Positions 56,474 through 64,000 of a DNA stretch of 64,000 bases are shown here, piece after piece (positions within the stretch are counted from its first letter, which is position 1; every line of letters begins with the position of its first letter). This DNA comes from Flavobacteriales bacterium. GTDB taxonomy: Bacteria; Bacteroidota; Bacteroidia; B-17B0; Aurantibacillaceae. Where the stretch lies: contig JBEIPP010000001.1 of the NCBI GenBank assembly GCA_040376995.1, positions 3,780 through 67,779 of the forward strand, written 5' to 3'. The position numbers and the translations under genes were made by a program. Under the pieces are notes generated by a model. It saw nothing but the letters and a program-made list of their open reading frames with translations, was not told where the DNA came from and did no database searches.

Positions 56474-57070
56474 ATGTGGCTTTTTAAGAAAAAAGAATAT
56501 AACAGCGACGAGGAACTACTAAAGCATTATAAGCAAAGTGGTAATAAAGAGTTGTTTGCCGATTTATTTAAAAAACATGTAACTGTTGTTTATGGTACTT
56601 GTTTGTTTTATTTACAAGATAAAGACGAGGCCCAAGACGCTACGATGCAATTATTTGAAAAACTACTATTAGATATTAATAATAGAGAGATTGATAATTT
56701 TAAAGGTTGGTTAAGTTTTGTTGTTAGAAATCATTGCATTTCGTTAATCAGAAAAAACAAATCACAATCAAAAAACATAAAGTCGTATTATGAATTTGAA
56801 TATGAAGGTCCACATTATGAACAAGAGGAAAAAATAAATTCGGTAAGTGATGATATTCTTTTAAAAAAAATGAAAGACTCTTTACCAAAACTAAAAGAAA
56901 ATCAAAGAATATGTGTAGAATTATTTTACCTGAAAAATAAAAGCTATCAAGACATCGCTAATGAAACCAATTTTAGTTTAAATGAAATAAAAAGTTATAT
57001 CCAAAATGGTAAACGAAACTTAAAACTATTGATTGAAGAACAAACCCGTATAAAAAACAAAAATGCGTAA
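56474..57070 (+). CDS. RNA polymerase sigma-70 family (ECF-type) sigma factor
   Basis: 198 aa. Region 2 (EAQDATMQLFEKL, WLSFVVRNHCISLIRK) and region 4 (LKNKSYQDIANETNFSLNEIKSYIQNGKRNLK). Confidence 0.8.
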   Translation: MWLFKKKEYNSDEELLKHYKQSGNKELFADLFKKHVTVVYGTCLFYLQDKDEAQDATMQLFEKLLLDINNREIDNFKGWLSFVVRNHCISLIRKNKSQSKNIKSYYEFEYEGPHYEQEEKINSVSDDILLKKMKDSLPKLKENQRICVELFYLKNKSYQDIANETNFSLNEIKSYIQNGKRNLKLLIEEQTRIKNKNA

Positions 57071-58106
57071 GCCAAACACATCTAAACAATCTCACTTAAC
57101 TAAAGAGCAACAACACTCTTTAGATAAAAGTATGCAAGACACAGATTTAAGTTATTTGTCTGCGATAGCATTTGAGCAATTTAATGTTTCGGATAAAGAG
57201 ATAGAAAAACTTAATACAAAGATTGATAAAAAAATAAAGGGTGGCTCTGGTACATTTAATGCCATTTTTATTAGTGTGCTCTGTGGGTTACTTATTGGTA
57301 TCTCTATCTTCTTTGTTATTTTTCAGAAAAGCAAAAACCATGCTTCAGTATATCAATCATTAGAAGAAGAAAAAGCTCAACATACATTAGAAAACAAAAT
57401 TGCCTCTACTGACACTGTATTTCCAAAAATTGAAACTAAAGAAATAGAACATTATAATACCATTGCTAATGATATTGAAGAAATTAATGCTCCAGAAATT
57501 CTAGAAACACTCACAAGTAAACCTTTAGATGTAAAGCTTCCTGAAAAAGAAGAAGAGGAAGATATTGTGTTTCATTTTACAGCAAATGCGCCAGTTGTAT
57601 TTATACATAATTTAAAAGTAACAAACTATCGTATATATTATTTTAAAAATAGTTATGCTATTGATTTAAATGCCAACACGGGTGTGCCTGCTCAATATGG
57701 AAGTAAGGCCGATATAGAAACAGCCTACTTACATAAATCAAACTCTTATTTAGCTCATAAAATTATCAAACAGGCGATGCGTTTTTTTAGCTCTAAAAAC
57801 ATTACCAATTGTATTGAAGAGTTAACGATGTTATATGACTTCAACCATGAAGATGCTAATGCACAATTTTATTTAGGTATGTGTTATTACCAATTAGGAA
57901 AGTATGCCATAGCTAAAAACTTCTTTCAAAAAAACTTAGATAACATTAATAATATTTTTCATCAGGAATCTGAGTTTTACCAAGCCTTATGTTTATTAAA
58001 TTTAAACCAAACAGACGAAGCCTTTAAACAACTAGAGTATATTGCAAACAACAAAGGGTTTTATAGTGTAAGAGCAAAAGAAGTATTGGACAAGCAAAAT
58101 AAATAA
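57063..58106 (+). CDS. single-pass membrane protein with C-terminal TPR repeats (putative anti-sigma factor)
   Basis: Start overlaps the sigma gene stop by 8 nt (ATGCGTAA). TM FNAIFISVLCGLLIGISIFFVIF. C-terminal TPR-like repeats (AQFYLGMCYYQLGKYAIAKNFFQK..). Confidence 0.6.
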   Translation: MRKPNTSKQSHLTKEQQHSLDKSMQDTDLSYLSAIAFEQFNVSDKEIEKLNTKIDKKIKGGSGTFNAIFISVLCGLLIGISIFFVIFQKSKNHASVYQSLEEEKAQHTLENKIASTDTVFPKIETKEIEHYNTIANDIEEINAPEILETLTSKPLDVKLPEKEEEEDIVFHFTANAPVVFIHNLKVTNYRIYYFKNSYAIDLNANTGVPAQYGSKADIETAYLHKSNSYLAHKIIKQAMRFFSSKNITNCIEELTMLYDFNHEDANAQFYLGMCYYQLGKYAIAKNFFQKNLDNINNIFHQESEFYQALCLLNLNQTDEAFKQLEYIANNKGFYSVRAKEVLDKQNK

Positions 58107-58489
58107 TGGAAAAAAGTGTACGATTAGATAGTTATTTATGGGCTATTAGAATGTATAAATCACGTTCATTAGCTGGTGATGCGATTAAAGGCAATAAAGT
58201 AAAATTAAATGATGAGTTAGTAAAAGCAGCTCATATAGTAAAAATTGGAGAGCGCTACACAATGTCATTTCCTCAAGGCGTTAAAAAAATTATTGAAGTA
58301 ACCGGTATTATTGAAAAACGACAAAGCTATGATATAGCGAAAGAAAACTATATTGATCATTCTCCTCCAATAGAAAAACTAGAGCGAATGCCATCCGTGT
58401 TTTTTATGCCAAACATGCAACGCGATAGAGGCGCTGGCAGACCAACCAAAAAAGATAGACGAGACATGGATGATTTTAGGAGGGATTAA
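58106..58489 (+). CDS. hslR: S4-domain RNA-binding heat-shock protein 15-like
   Basis: VRLDSYLWAIRMYKSRSLAGDAIKGNKVKLN S4 motif, with a basic C-tail. The ATG overlaps the upstream TAA (TAATG). Confidence 0.8.
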   Translation: MEKSVRLDSYLWAIRMYKSRSLAGDAIKGNKVKLNDELVKAAHIVKIGERYTMSFPQGVKKIIEVTGIIEKRQSYDIAKENYIDHSPPIEKLERMPSVFFMPNMQRDRGAGRPTKKDRRDMDDFRRD

Positions 58490-58492
58490 AAG

Positions 58493-58526
58493 AAAAAAGA
58501 TAGCATTTTGATGCTATCTTTTTTTA
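58493..58526. terminator. bidirectional rho-independent terminator
   Basis: A-run - AGATAGCAT (58498-58506) - TTTG - ATGCTATCT (58511-58519) - T7, between convergent hslR and pyk. Confidence 0.8.
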
Positions 58527-58538
58527 TAAAAACTTTCT

Positions 58539-59969
58539 TTACTGAATATAACTTAACTTCAACATATTCGTTCTACCCTTTTCTTTCATTGGCATACTTG
58601 CTAAATTGATTACTAAATCATCTGCACGCACAAATCCTCCATCTTTAATATAATCTTTTAAATCAGAAATAGTTTGATCTGTACTTTCATATTTATCATA
58701 GTAAAAACCACGTACACCCCACACTAAACTTAAGGCATTTAATAAAGATTTATTATCAGTGAAAATATACACGTTTGCTTTTGGGCGGAAACTGCTTAAT
58801 TTAAAAGCTGTATAACCACTGTGCGTCATTGAAATGATAGCAGATACATTAGCTTGTTTTGCCATCACACTCGCGTTATAACAAATACTATCAGTAATAT
58901 AAGTTACTGTTTTTAATTCAATATCATGGTCTTTGTAATAAATACGATCATCACTTTCTATTTGTGTAATAATACGGCGCATATATTCAATAACTTTTAC
59001 TGGGTAACGTCCAACAGATGTTTCTGCACTTAACATTACGGCATCAGCACCATCCAATACAGCATTAGCCACATCGTTCACCTCAGCACGCGTTGGAGTA
59101 TAAGCTGTAATCATACTCTCCATCATTTGAGTTGCAATAATAACAGGCTTAGAGGCAGCAATACATTTATTTACAATCATTTTTTGTAATAATGGTACTT
59201 GTTCCATGGGCATCTCTACTCCTAAATCTCCACGTGCTACCATTACGCCATCTGTTACTTCAATAATTTTATCGATTTCTTTTATCGCTTCTGGTTTTTC
59301 AATCTTAGCGATTACACGTGCATTTTTTTTCTTTGATCGAATAACATCTTTTAGTTCAACAATATCTGTTACACTTCTAACAAACGATAAACCAATCCAC
59401 TCAAAATCATTTTCTAAAGCAAAATCTAAATCACGTAAATCTTTTAATGTTAAACATGGTAAAGAAATTTTTGTATTTGGTAAATTCACTCCTTTTTTAG
59501 AAGATAAGGTTCCACCTGCAATAATGGTGCAACGTACTTCATCTTTACGATTGGTTTCAATTACTTTTAAAGTAATTTTACCATCGTCAATTAATACTAA
59601 TTCTCCAGCAGCCACATCTTGCGGAAACTGAGGATACGTGATAAAAATACGTTCAGCCGTTCCTTCGCTTTCTTTAGTAGTAATAATAATTTCTTGACCA
59701 TTTACTATTTCAACGGCATTATCTTTTACCTTGCCAATACGTAATTTTGGTCCTTGTAAATCTCCTAAAATTCCAACATGACGATTTAATTTTTTATTTA
59801 AAATTCTAATATTATCAATCACATGTTTAATGGGTTCGTAATCTCCATGCGAAAAATTAATTCTACAAATATCTACGCCTGAATTAAATAGTTCTTCTAG
59901 TACAGCAATATTTTCTGTTGATGGCCCCATTGTGGCCACAATCTTTGTTTTGTTATAGGTATAGCTCAT
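58539..59969 (-). CDS. pyk: pyruvate kinase
   Basis: KTKIVATMGPS, RINFSHG, MVARGDLGVE and ATQMMESM motifs. The ATG at 59969 (MSYTYNKTKIVAT) is preferred to the ORF-track start at 59987. Confidence 0.93.
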   Translation of the reverse strand: MSYTYNKTKIVATMGPSTENIAVLEELFNSGVDICRINFSHGDYEPIKHVIDNIRILNKKLNRHVGILGDLQGPKLRIGKVKDNAVEIVNGQEIIITTKESEGTAERIFITYPQFPQDVAAGELVLIDDGKITLKVIETNRKDEVRCTIIAGGTLSSKKGVNLPNTKISLPCLTLKDLRDLDFALENDFEWIGLSFVRSVTDIVELKDVIRSKKKNARVIAKIEKPEAIKEIDKIIEVTDGVMVARGDLGVEMPMEQVPLLQKMIVNKCIAASKPVIIATQMMESMITAYTPTRAEVNDVANAVLDGADAVMLSAETSVGRYPVKVIEYMRRIITQIESDDRIYYKDHDIELKTVTYITDSICYNASVMAKQANVSAIISMTHSGYTAFKLSSFRPKANVYIFTDNKSLLNALSLVWGVRGFYYDKYESTDQTISDLKDYIKDGGFVRADDLVINLASMPMKEKGRTNMLKLSYIQ

Positions 59970-60066
59970 AGTGATAAATTGGTACACGAATGTAACAATT
60001 TCAGTGCAAAAAATGGCATTATTAAATCATTATCTAATTTTGTACCTTAGCCACTTTATTACCATT

Positions 60067-60738
60067 ATGCCTAACAAACTCGAAAAATTTGCCGAACTAA
60101 ATACCTTTTCTAATACCCTTGCTTTTCATCATTTTGACATCCCAAACGGATTTTCAAAAAAAGGGAAATGGCATGCGGATATGTTTAAAAATCAAAACCC
60201 TATTGTGTTGGAATTAGGTTGTGGACAAGGTGAATACACTATTGGTTTATCTGAAAACAACACCACTAAAAACTTTATTGGAGTAGATGTAAAAGGTAAT
60301 CGTATTTGGACAGGTGCAAAAAAAGCGATGCAAAATAACATGAGTCATGTAGCTTTTTTAAGAACTCGTATTGATTTTATTGACCAATGTTTTGCCGAAA
60401 ACGAAGTGTCTGAAATATGGATTACTTTTCCGGACCCTCAACCACAAAAAAATAGAGCTCGTAAACGCTTAACCAATCCTGATTTCTTTTTGAATCGATA
60501 CAAAAAAATATTAAAACCTGGTGGGTTAGTTCATTTAAAAACGGATAGCACCTTTTTTTATGAATATACCATGGATGTTATTAAAGAAAGAAATTTACCT
60601 CTGTTGTTTTCTACCAACGATTTATATAAAAATTGTCCAGAAGGAAGAGAAGAATTAACGCGTATTAAAACCTACTACGAAACCCTGTTTACAGGACGAG
60701 GCGAAGATATTAAATACTGTTGCTTTCAATTAGATTAA
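60067..60738 (+). CDS. trmB: tRNA (guanosine46-N7)-methyltransferase
   Basis: VLELGCGQGEYTIGL (SAM motif), FPDPQPQK and LKTDS motifs. The ATG at 60067 is preferred because the upstream extension overlaps the pyk 5' region. Confidence 0.88.
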   Translation: MPNKLEKFAELNTFSNTLAFHHFDIPNGFSKKGKWHADMFKNQNPIVLELGCGQGEYTIGLSENNTTKNFIGVDVKGNRIWTGAKKAMQNNMSHVAFLRTRIDFIDQCFAENEVSEIWITFPDPQPQKNRARKRLTNPDFFLNRYKKILKPGGLVHLKTDSTFFYEYTMDVIKERNLPLLFSTNDLYKNCPEGREELTRIKTYYETLFTGRGEDIKYCCFQLD

Positions 60739-60739
60739 A

Positions 60740-61078
60740 ATGACTACTAAAAGGCTACCACATAAATCGCATTTTTTTAACAAACTCATCAAGAGTATTG
60801 CTTTAGGAACTTTGTTTTTAATTGTATCATTAGGGATTGGTGTGATTGGTTATCACCATTTTTTTAATATCCCTTGGTTAGATAGTTTGGTAAACGCCAG
60901 TATGATTTTAACAGGAATGGGGCCAGTTGATAGGGCAGAAACCGATGGAGCAAAATGGTTTTCATCATTATATGCCATATATAGCGGCGTAGCGTTTTTA
61001 ACCAGTGTGGCTGTTATTTTTGGGCCTATTGTTCATCGTTTTTTACATAAATTTAGAATTGATGTAGAAGAAGAATGA
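60740..61078 (+). CDS. small two-TM membrane protein with a pore-loop-like segment
   Basis: 112 aa. Layout is TM1 (LGTLFLIVSLGIGVIGY), then WLDSLVNASMILTGMGPVD, then TM2 (WFSSLYAIYSGVAFLTSVAVIFGPIV). Confidence 0.45.
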   Translation: MTTKRLPHKSHFFNKLIKSIALGTLFLIVSLGIGVIGYHHFFNIPWLDSLVNASMILTGMGPVDRAETDGAKWFSSLYAIYSGVAFLTSVAVIFGPIVHRFLHKFRIDVEEE

Positions 61079-61176
61079 CTTCGACAAGCTCAGTCACCAA
61101 TATAATCCTTAATTAGAAAACAAACTTTTTTAAAGAATTTTAACCTCTTTTATAATAAAAAACTTAAACTTGTAAG

Positions 61177-61995
61177 ATGCTATCACTTTTTATAAATTGG
61201 AATCCGAGTCCCGAAATTTTTACTATTCCAGGTATTGATTGGCCAGTACGTTGGTATGGTTTATCTTGGGCTATGGCTTTTATTGGTTGTCACTTTTTCA
61301 TGAATCGTATTTTTAAAACTGAAGGGCGAACCGAGAAACAATTAGATACATTAACACTATATATTGTCTTAGCTACCATATTAGGTGCACGTTTAGGTCA
61401 CTGCTTGTTTTATGATTTCCCTTACTACTCTACTCATCCTTTAGATATTTTAAAAGTATATGAAGGTGGATTAGCTAGCCATGGAGGTGGCATTGGAATT
61501 ATCATCGGCATGTGGTTATATTGTCGTAAAACAAAAGAAAGTTGGTTATGGTTATTTGATCGATTAATAGTCGTAGTTCCATTTGCCTCTTTTATGATTC
61601 GTTTCGGAAACTTAATGAATTCGGAAATAGTTGGCCAACCAACTGATGTGCCTTGGGCATTTGTGTTTCATCAAGTAGATGAATTGCCTCGTCATCCAAC
61701 ACAATTATACGAAGCAATTTTTTACATCTTTTTATTTGGGTTGTTTTATTGGTTATGGAAAAATAAACGCAACGATTTTGGTAAAGGATTTATGTTTGGG
61801 TTGTTTTGTGTATTAATGTTTAGCTTCCGTTTTTGTATGGAGTTTATGAAAGAAAATCAAGAATCATTTGAAAATGCCTTACCAATTAACATGGGCCAAA
61901 TTTTGAGTATTCCATTTATATTAGTTGGATTATATATGATATTTAAATCAAAAAAAGAAACAACACATATAAATCCTATTCAAATAAATTCATAA
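61177..61995 (+). CDS. lgt: prolipoprotein diacylglyceryl transferase
   Basis: RWYGLSWAM.., GARLGH, LASHGG, GNLMNSEIVG.PT..PWA, HPTQLYEA motifs. Confidence 0.92.
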   Translation: MLSLFINWNPSPEIFTIPGIDWPVRWYGLSWAMAFIGCHFFMNRIFKTEGRTEKQLDTLTLYIVLATILGARLGHCLFYDFPYYSTHPLDILKVYEGGLASHGGGIGIIIGMWLYCRKTKESWLWLFDRLIVVVPFASFMIRFGNLMNSEIVGQPTDVPWAFVFHQVDELPRHPTQLYEAIFYIFLFGLFYWLWKNKRNDFGKGFMFGLFCVLMFSFRFCMEFMKENQESFENALPINMGQILSIPFILVGLYMIFKSKKETTHINPIQINS

Positions 61996-61997
61996 AC

Positions 61998-62456
61998 ATG
62001 TCAGTATTAAATACCTTCGACCCTAAAACAACTGAAGAAACGTTTAAACGTTTAGAGAAATTAAACTATATAAGTAAGCCTCAATGGGGTAAAATGAATG
62101 TGGCGCAAATGTTAGCGCATTTAAATTTAGCTTATGATTTTGCTTATGGTAGAAAAAACTCCAATTTAAATTTCTTTGCAAAGTTTATGGTGAAATTATT
62201 TGTGAAAAATATTGTGGTAGGAGACAAACCTTATGCAAAAAATTCGCGCACAGCACCAGAATTTATTATTGCCGATGAACGGGATTTCGAAAGAGAAAAA
62301 AGTATCTTTATTGATAACGTGAAAGAAACTGAAGCAAAAGGTGTTGCTTATTTTGAAGGAAAAGAAAATAGCAGTTTTGGAATTTTAACTAGTAAAGAAT
62401 GGAGTAATTTATTTTACAAACACATTGATCATCACTTTACTCAGTTTGGAGTATAA
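61998..62456 (+). CDS. DUF1569 (DinB-superfamily) protein
   Basis: 152 aa. QWGKMNVAQMLAHL ... HIDHHFTQFG is a His-containing four-helix pattern typical of DUF1569. Confidence 0.6.
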   Translation: MSVLNTFDPKTTEETFKRLEKLNYISKPQWGKMNVAQMLAHLNLAYDFAYGRKNSNLNFFAKFMVKLFVKNIVVGDKPYAKNSRTAPEFIIADERDFEREKSIFIDNVKETEAKGVAYFEGKENSSFGILTSKEWSNLFYKHIDHHFTQFGV

Positions 62457-62476
62457 GTAACTATAGTATTTATAAT

Positions 62477-62509
62477 AAAAAACCCTTATCAAATGATAAG
62501 GTTTTTTTT
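62477..62509 (+). terminator. rho-independent terminator
   Basis: AAAAAA-CCTTATC (62484-62490) - AAAT - GATAAGG (62495-62501) - T8. Confidence 0.8.
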
Positions 62510-62579
62510 AATTTAGTTTAGATTATCTTAATACTTCAAATTAAAATTCTTTAAAGTGGTCAGCTTATCAATACTAAAA

Positions 62580-63461
62580 TTATTTCTTTTGTTCTTTATT
62601 TTTCAGAAATTTATACGATAAAGTGATTTCATGTGAGCCCGATGTAATACTTTGATATCTGTTATTACTTAATCTAAATCCATAACCAACACCTAGGTTT
62701 TCTATATTAACACCAAACATGGCTGATAACGAACTATTTGTTTGATATCCTGCTTGTAACCATAGTTTTTCCGCAAACATCAACTTTAGATAGCCAGAAG
62801 AAACACTTTTAGTGATTGGTGTATTTTGATAGCATATCCAAGGTGTTATTTTAATTTTATCACCTGCTTTTATAGTGTAAAAAATAGCAGCATTTGCATA
62901 ACTATTTACATTTTGATTTGTGATTAACAAATGTGGCATTGATGCTGAAACTTCCAATGTCTTATAATTAAAATATAAACCTGCGCCCGCTGCAAATTGC
63001 GTATTGTTATTATAATTTTGACTAAGGTAAGGGTCTGTTGCATCAAGTACGTCGTAATTTTCGATACGGGCAATGGAAAGATTACTATTTAATACACCAG
63101 CCGAAATACCAAATATTAAATTTGAATTAGCATTTAGTTTTGCAATTTGAGCAAAAGAAATATCAGCTTTAGTTGTTTGAAAAGCTCCCCGAGTGTCTGT
63201 TATAATTTTTCCGCCTATAGCTTGCGAGTTGGATACTTTTGAATAAACACCAAACATTAAGTTTTTATTGGCATTAGGCACACCTTTATTTTGAGTTTGT
63301 GCACTAAGAATTGCGTTTATACCTTCACCTTTTGCCGCATAGGAAGGATTAACATTGTACATGTTATTTAATCGAAATGAATAAAAATCATACGACACTA
63401 TTTGTGCATTAACGGTTTTACATAAAGTAATGATTATCATTAAATAGAAAATTTTTTTCAT
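62580..63461 (-). CDS. T9SS membrane protein, PorP/SprF family
   Basis: Signal peptide. N-terminal ..YNVNPSYAA.. motif, a ~290-aa beta-barrel pattern, and a position immediately downstream of a type B CTD cargo gene. Confidence 0.7.
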   Translation of the reverse strand: MKKIFYLMIIITLCKTVNAQIVSYDFYSFRLNNMYNVNPSYAAKGEGINAILSAQTQNKGVPNANKNLMFGVYSKVSNSQAIGGKIITDTRGAFQTTKADISFAQIAKLNANSNLIFGISAGVLNSNLSIARIENYDVLDATDPYLSQNYNNNTQFAAGAGLYFNYKTLEVSASMPHLLITNQNVNSYANAAIFYTIKAGDKIKITPWICYQNTPITKSVSSGYLKLMFAEKLWLQAGYQTNSSLSAMFGVNIENLGVGYGFRLSNNRYQSITSGSHEITLSYKFLKNKEQKK

Positions 63462-63561
63462 CAGTCTAAATTGTTTATTTTTTAATTGTCAAATGGTATA
63501 CCTTATTTAGTCATTTGTGTTAGTGTTTTGGCAAACACGGGTATTTATAAATATTATATTC

Positions 63562-64000
63562 TTAATTTACAATTGATATATTGCCTTTATATTCTTTACT
63601 ATTACTTTTAAATATGTAATAATAATTCCCTGTTGGTAAAGCCTTGCCATTTAACTTACCATCAAACTCATTATTATAATTATCTTGTTTTTCGTAAATT
63701 AATTGACCAAACTGATCAAATATTTGTAATTGATATTCGTTAAAAACAGATACATTTTCCACTTTCCAAAAATCATTTTTACCATCACCGTTCGGCGAAA
63801 TAAAATTGCTTGATTTAAACGGTAGGTTTTCGCCATTGATGTCGTTTACAGTAATAGTAAACGTTTTTGCAAAAGTACCACCATAATTATCAATTGCTAG
63901 AACTCGTATTTCCAAAAATGTTTTTGTATCAAAACTATAAATAGCTGCAGATCTTAAAACGTTATTAGTGGCGCTTACTAAACTATTGTCCGTTGAACCT
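63562..64000 (-). CDS. C-terminal end of a large T9SS type B cargo (gliding-motility-associated C-terminal domain protein), 5' end beyond the window
   Basis: The frame stays open to nt 64000 (..STDNSLVSATNNVLRSAAIYSFDTKTFLEIRVLAIDNYGG..). Type B sorting domain FISPNGDGKNDFWKVENV...IFDQFGQLIY. Confidence 0.85.
   Translation of the reverse strand, partial: GSTDNSLVSATNNVLRSAAIYSFDTKTFLEIRVLAIDNYGGTFAKTFTITVNDINGENLPFKSSNFISPNGDGKNDFWKVENVSVFNEYQLQIFDQFGQLIYEKQDNYNNEFDGKLNGKALPTGNYYYIFKSNSKEYKGNISIVN

Noticed and set aside
59206-59631. 141-aa ORF antisense to pyruvate kinase.
   Set aside because: A Ser/Ile/Phe-rich shadow ORF inside a highly conserved gene, with no independent evidence.
61080-61098. 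TTCGACAAGCTCAGTCAC immediately after the stop of the small membrane protein. It resembles a repeat motif I associate with other Bacteroidota genomes.
   Set aside because: There is only one copy in this window and the resemblance rests on memory alone, so the claim cannot be supported.
1-64000. Search for CRISPR arrays, rRNA genes, prophage modules, toxin-antitoxin pairs and defence-type gene combinations (nuclease + helicase/ATPase, reverse transcriptase, Cas-like proteins).
   Set aside because: No spaced direct repeats, no rRNA-like sequence, and no RT, helicase or restriction-type motifs in any ORF. The only nucleases are housekeeping xth and a secreted EEP enzyme. I therefore do not claim a defence island.

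Overview
AT-rich chromosomal segment (roughly one third G+C by eye), most likely from a Bacteroidota (Flavobacteriia-like) bacterium. The taxon call rests on type A and type B T9SS C-terminal sorting domains, a PorP/SprF gene, DUF3098/DUF4846-type genes, absence of Shine-Dalgarno-like leaders and a TAnnTTTG-type promoter box.

About 55 protein-coding genes, mostly housekeeping: clpX, uppP, gmd, fcl, hflX, trmD, ftsX, nadB, ribE, xth, pepP-like, pyk, trmB, lgt, hslR. These are interspersed with cell-surface genes:
- a gmd-fcl-Wzi-like-WecA-like-Wzi-like polysaccharide block
- four T9SS cargo genes
- a 1162-aa outer-membrane protein
- a peptide-type ABC substrate-binding lipoprotein

Other content: one tRNA-His(GTG) and one ISAon1/ISL3-like insertion sequence that appears to have split an OmpA-like gene remnant. 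A dispersed family of short hairpin (REP/REPIN- or MITE-like) repeats occurs at four clear loci plus one degenerate relic. There is a 7-bp microsatellite in a divergent promoter, and several clean rho-independent terminators. No rRNA, CRISPR array, prophage or recognisable defence genes.

I do not see an unambiguous new multi-gene system. The best candidates for follow-up are:
1. The 53.6-58.5 kb regulatory cluster. It holds an ECF-type sigma factor with an anti-sigma-like protein fused to a trypsin-fold protease, a barrel-less CarboxypepD_reg+Plug protein, and a second sigma / TM-TPR anti-sigma / hslR operon.
2. The REPIN-like hairpin doublets that bracket a methyltransferase-glycosyltransferase fusion gene on both sides.
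3. Three genes split by single-nucleotide frameshifts, one of them at a canonical U UUU UUG slippery heptamer.
4. Three ORFs whose expected N-termini are reachable only from ATT/ATA codons.

All functional calls come from motif recognition by eye. No database search was run.
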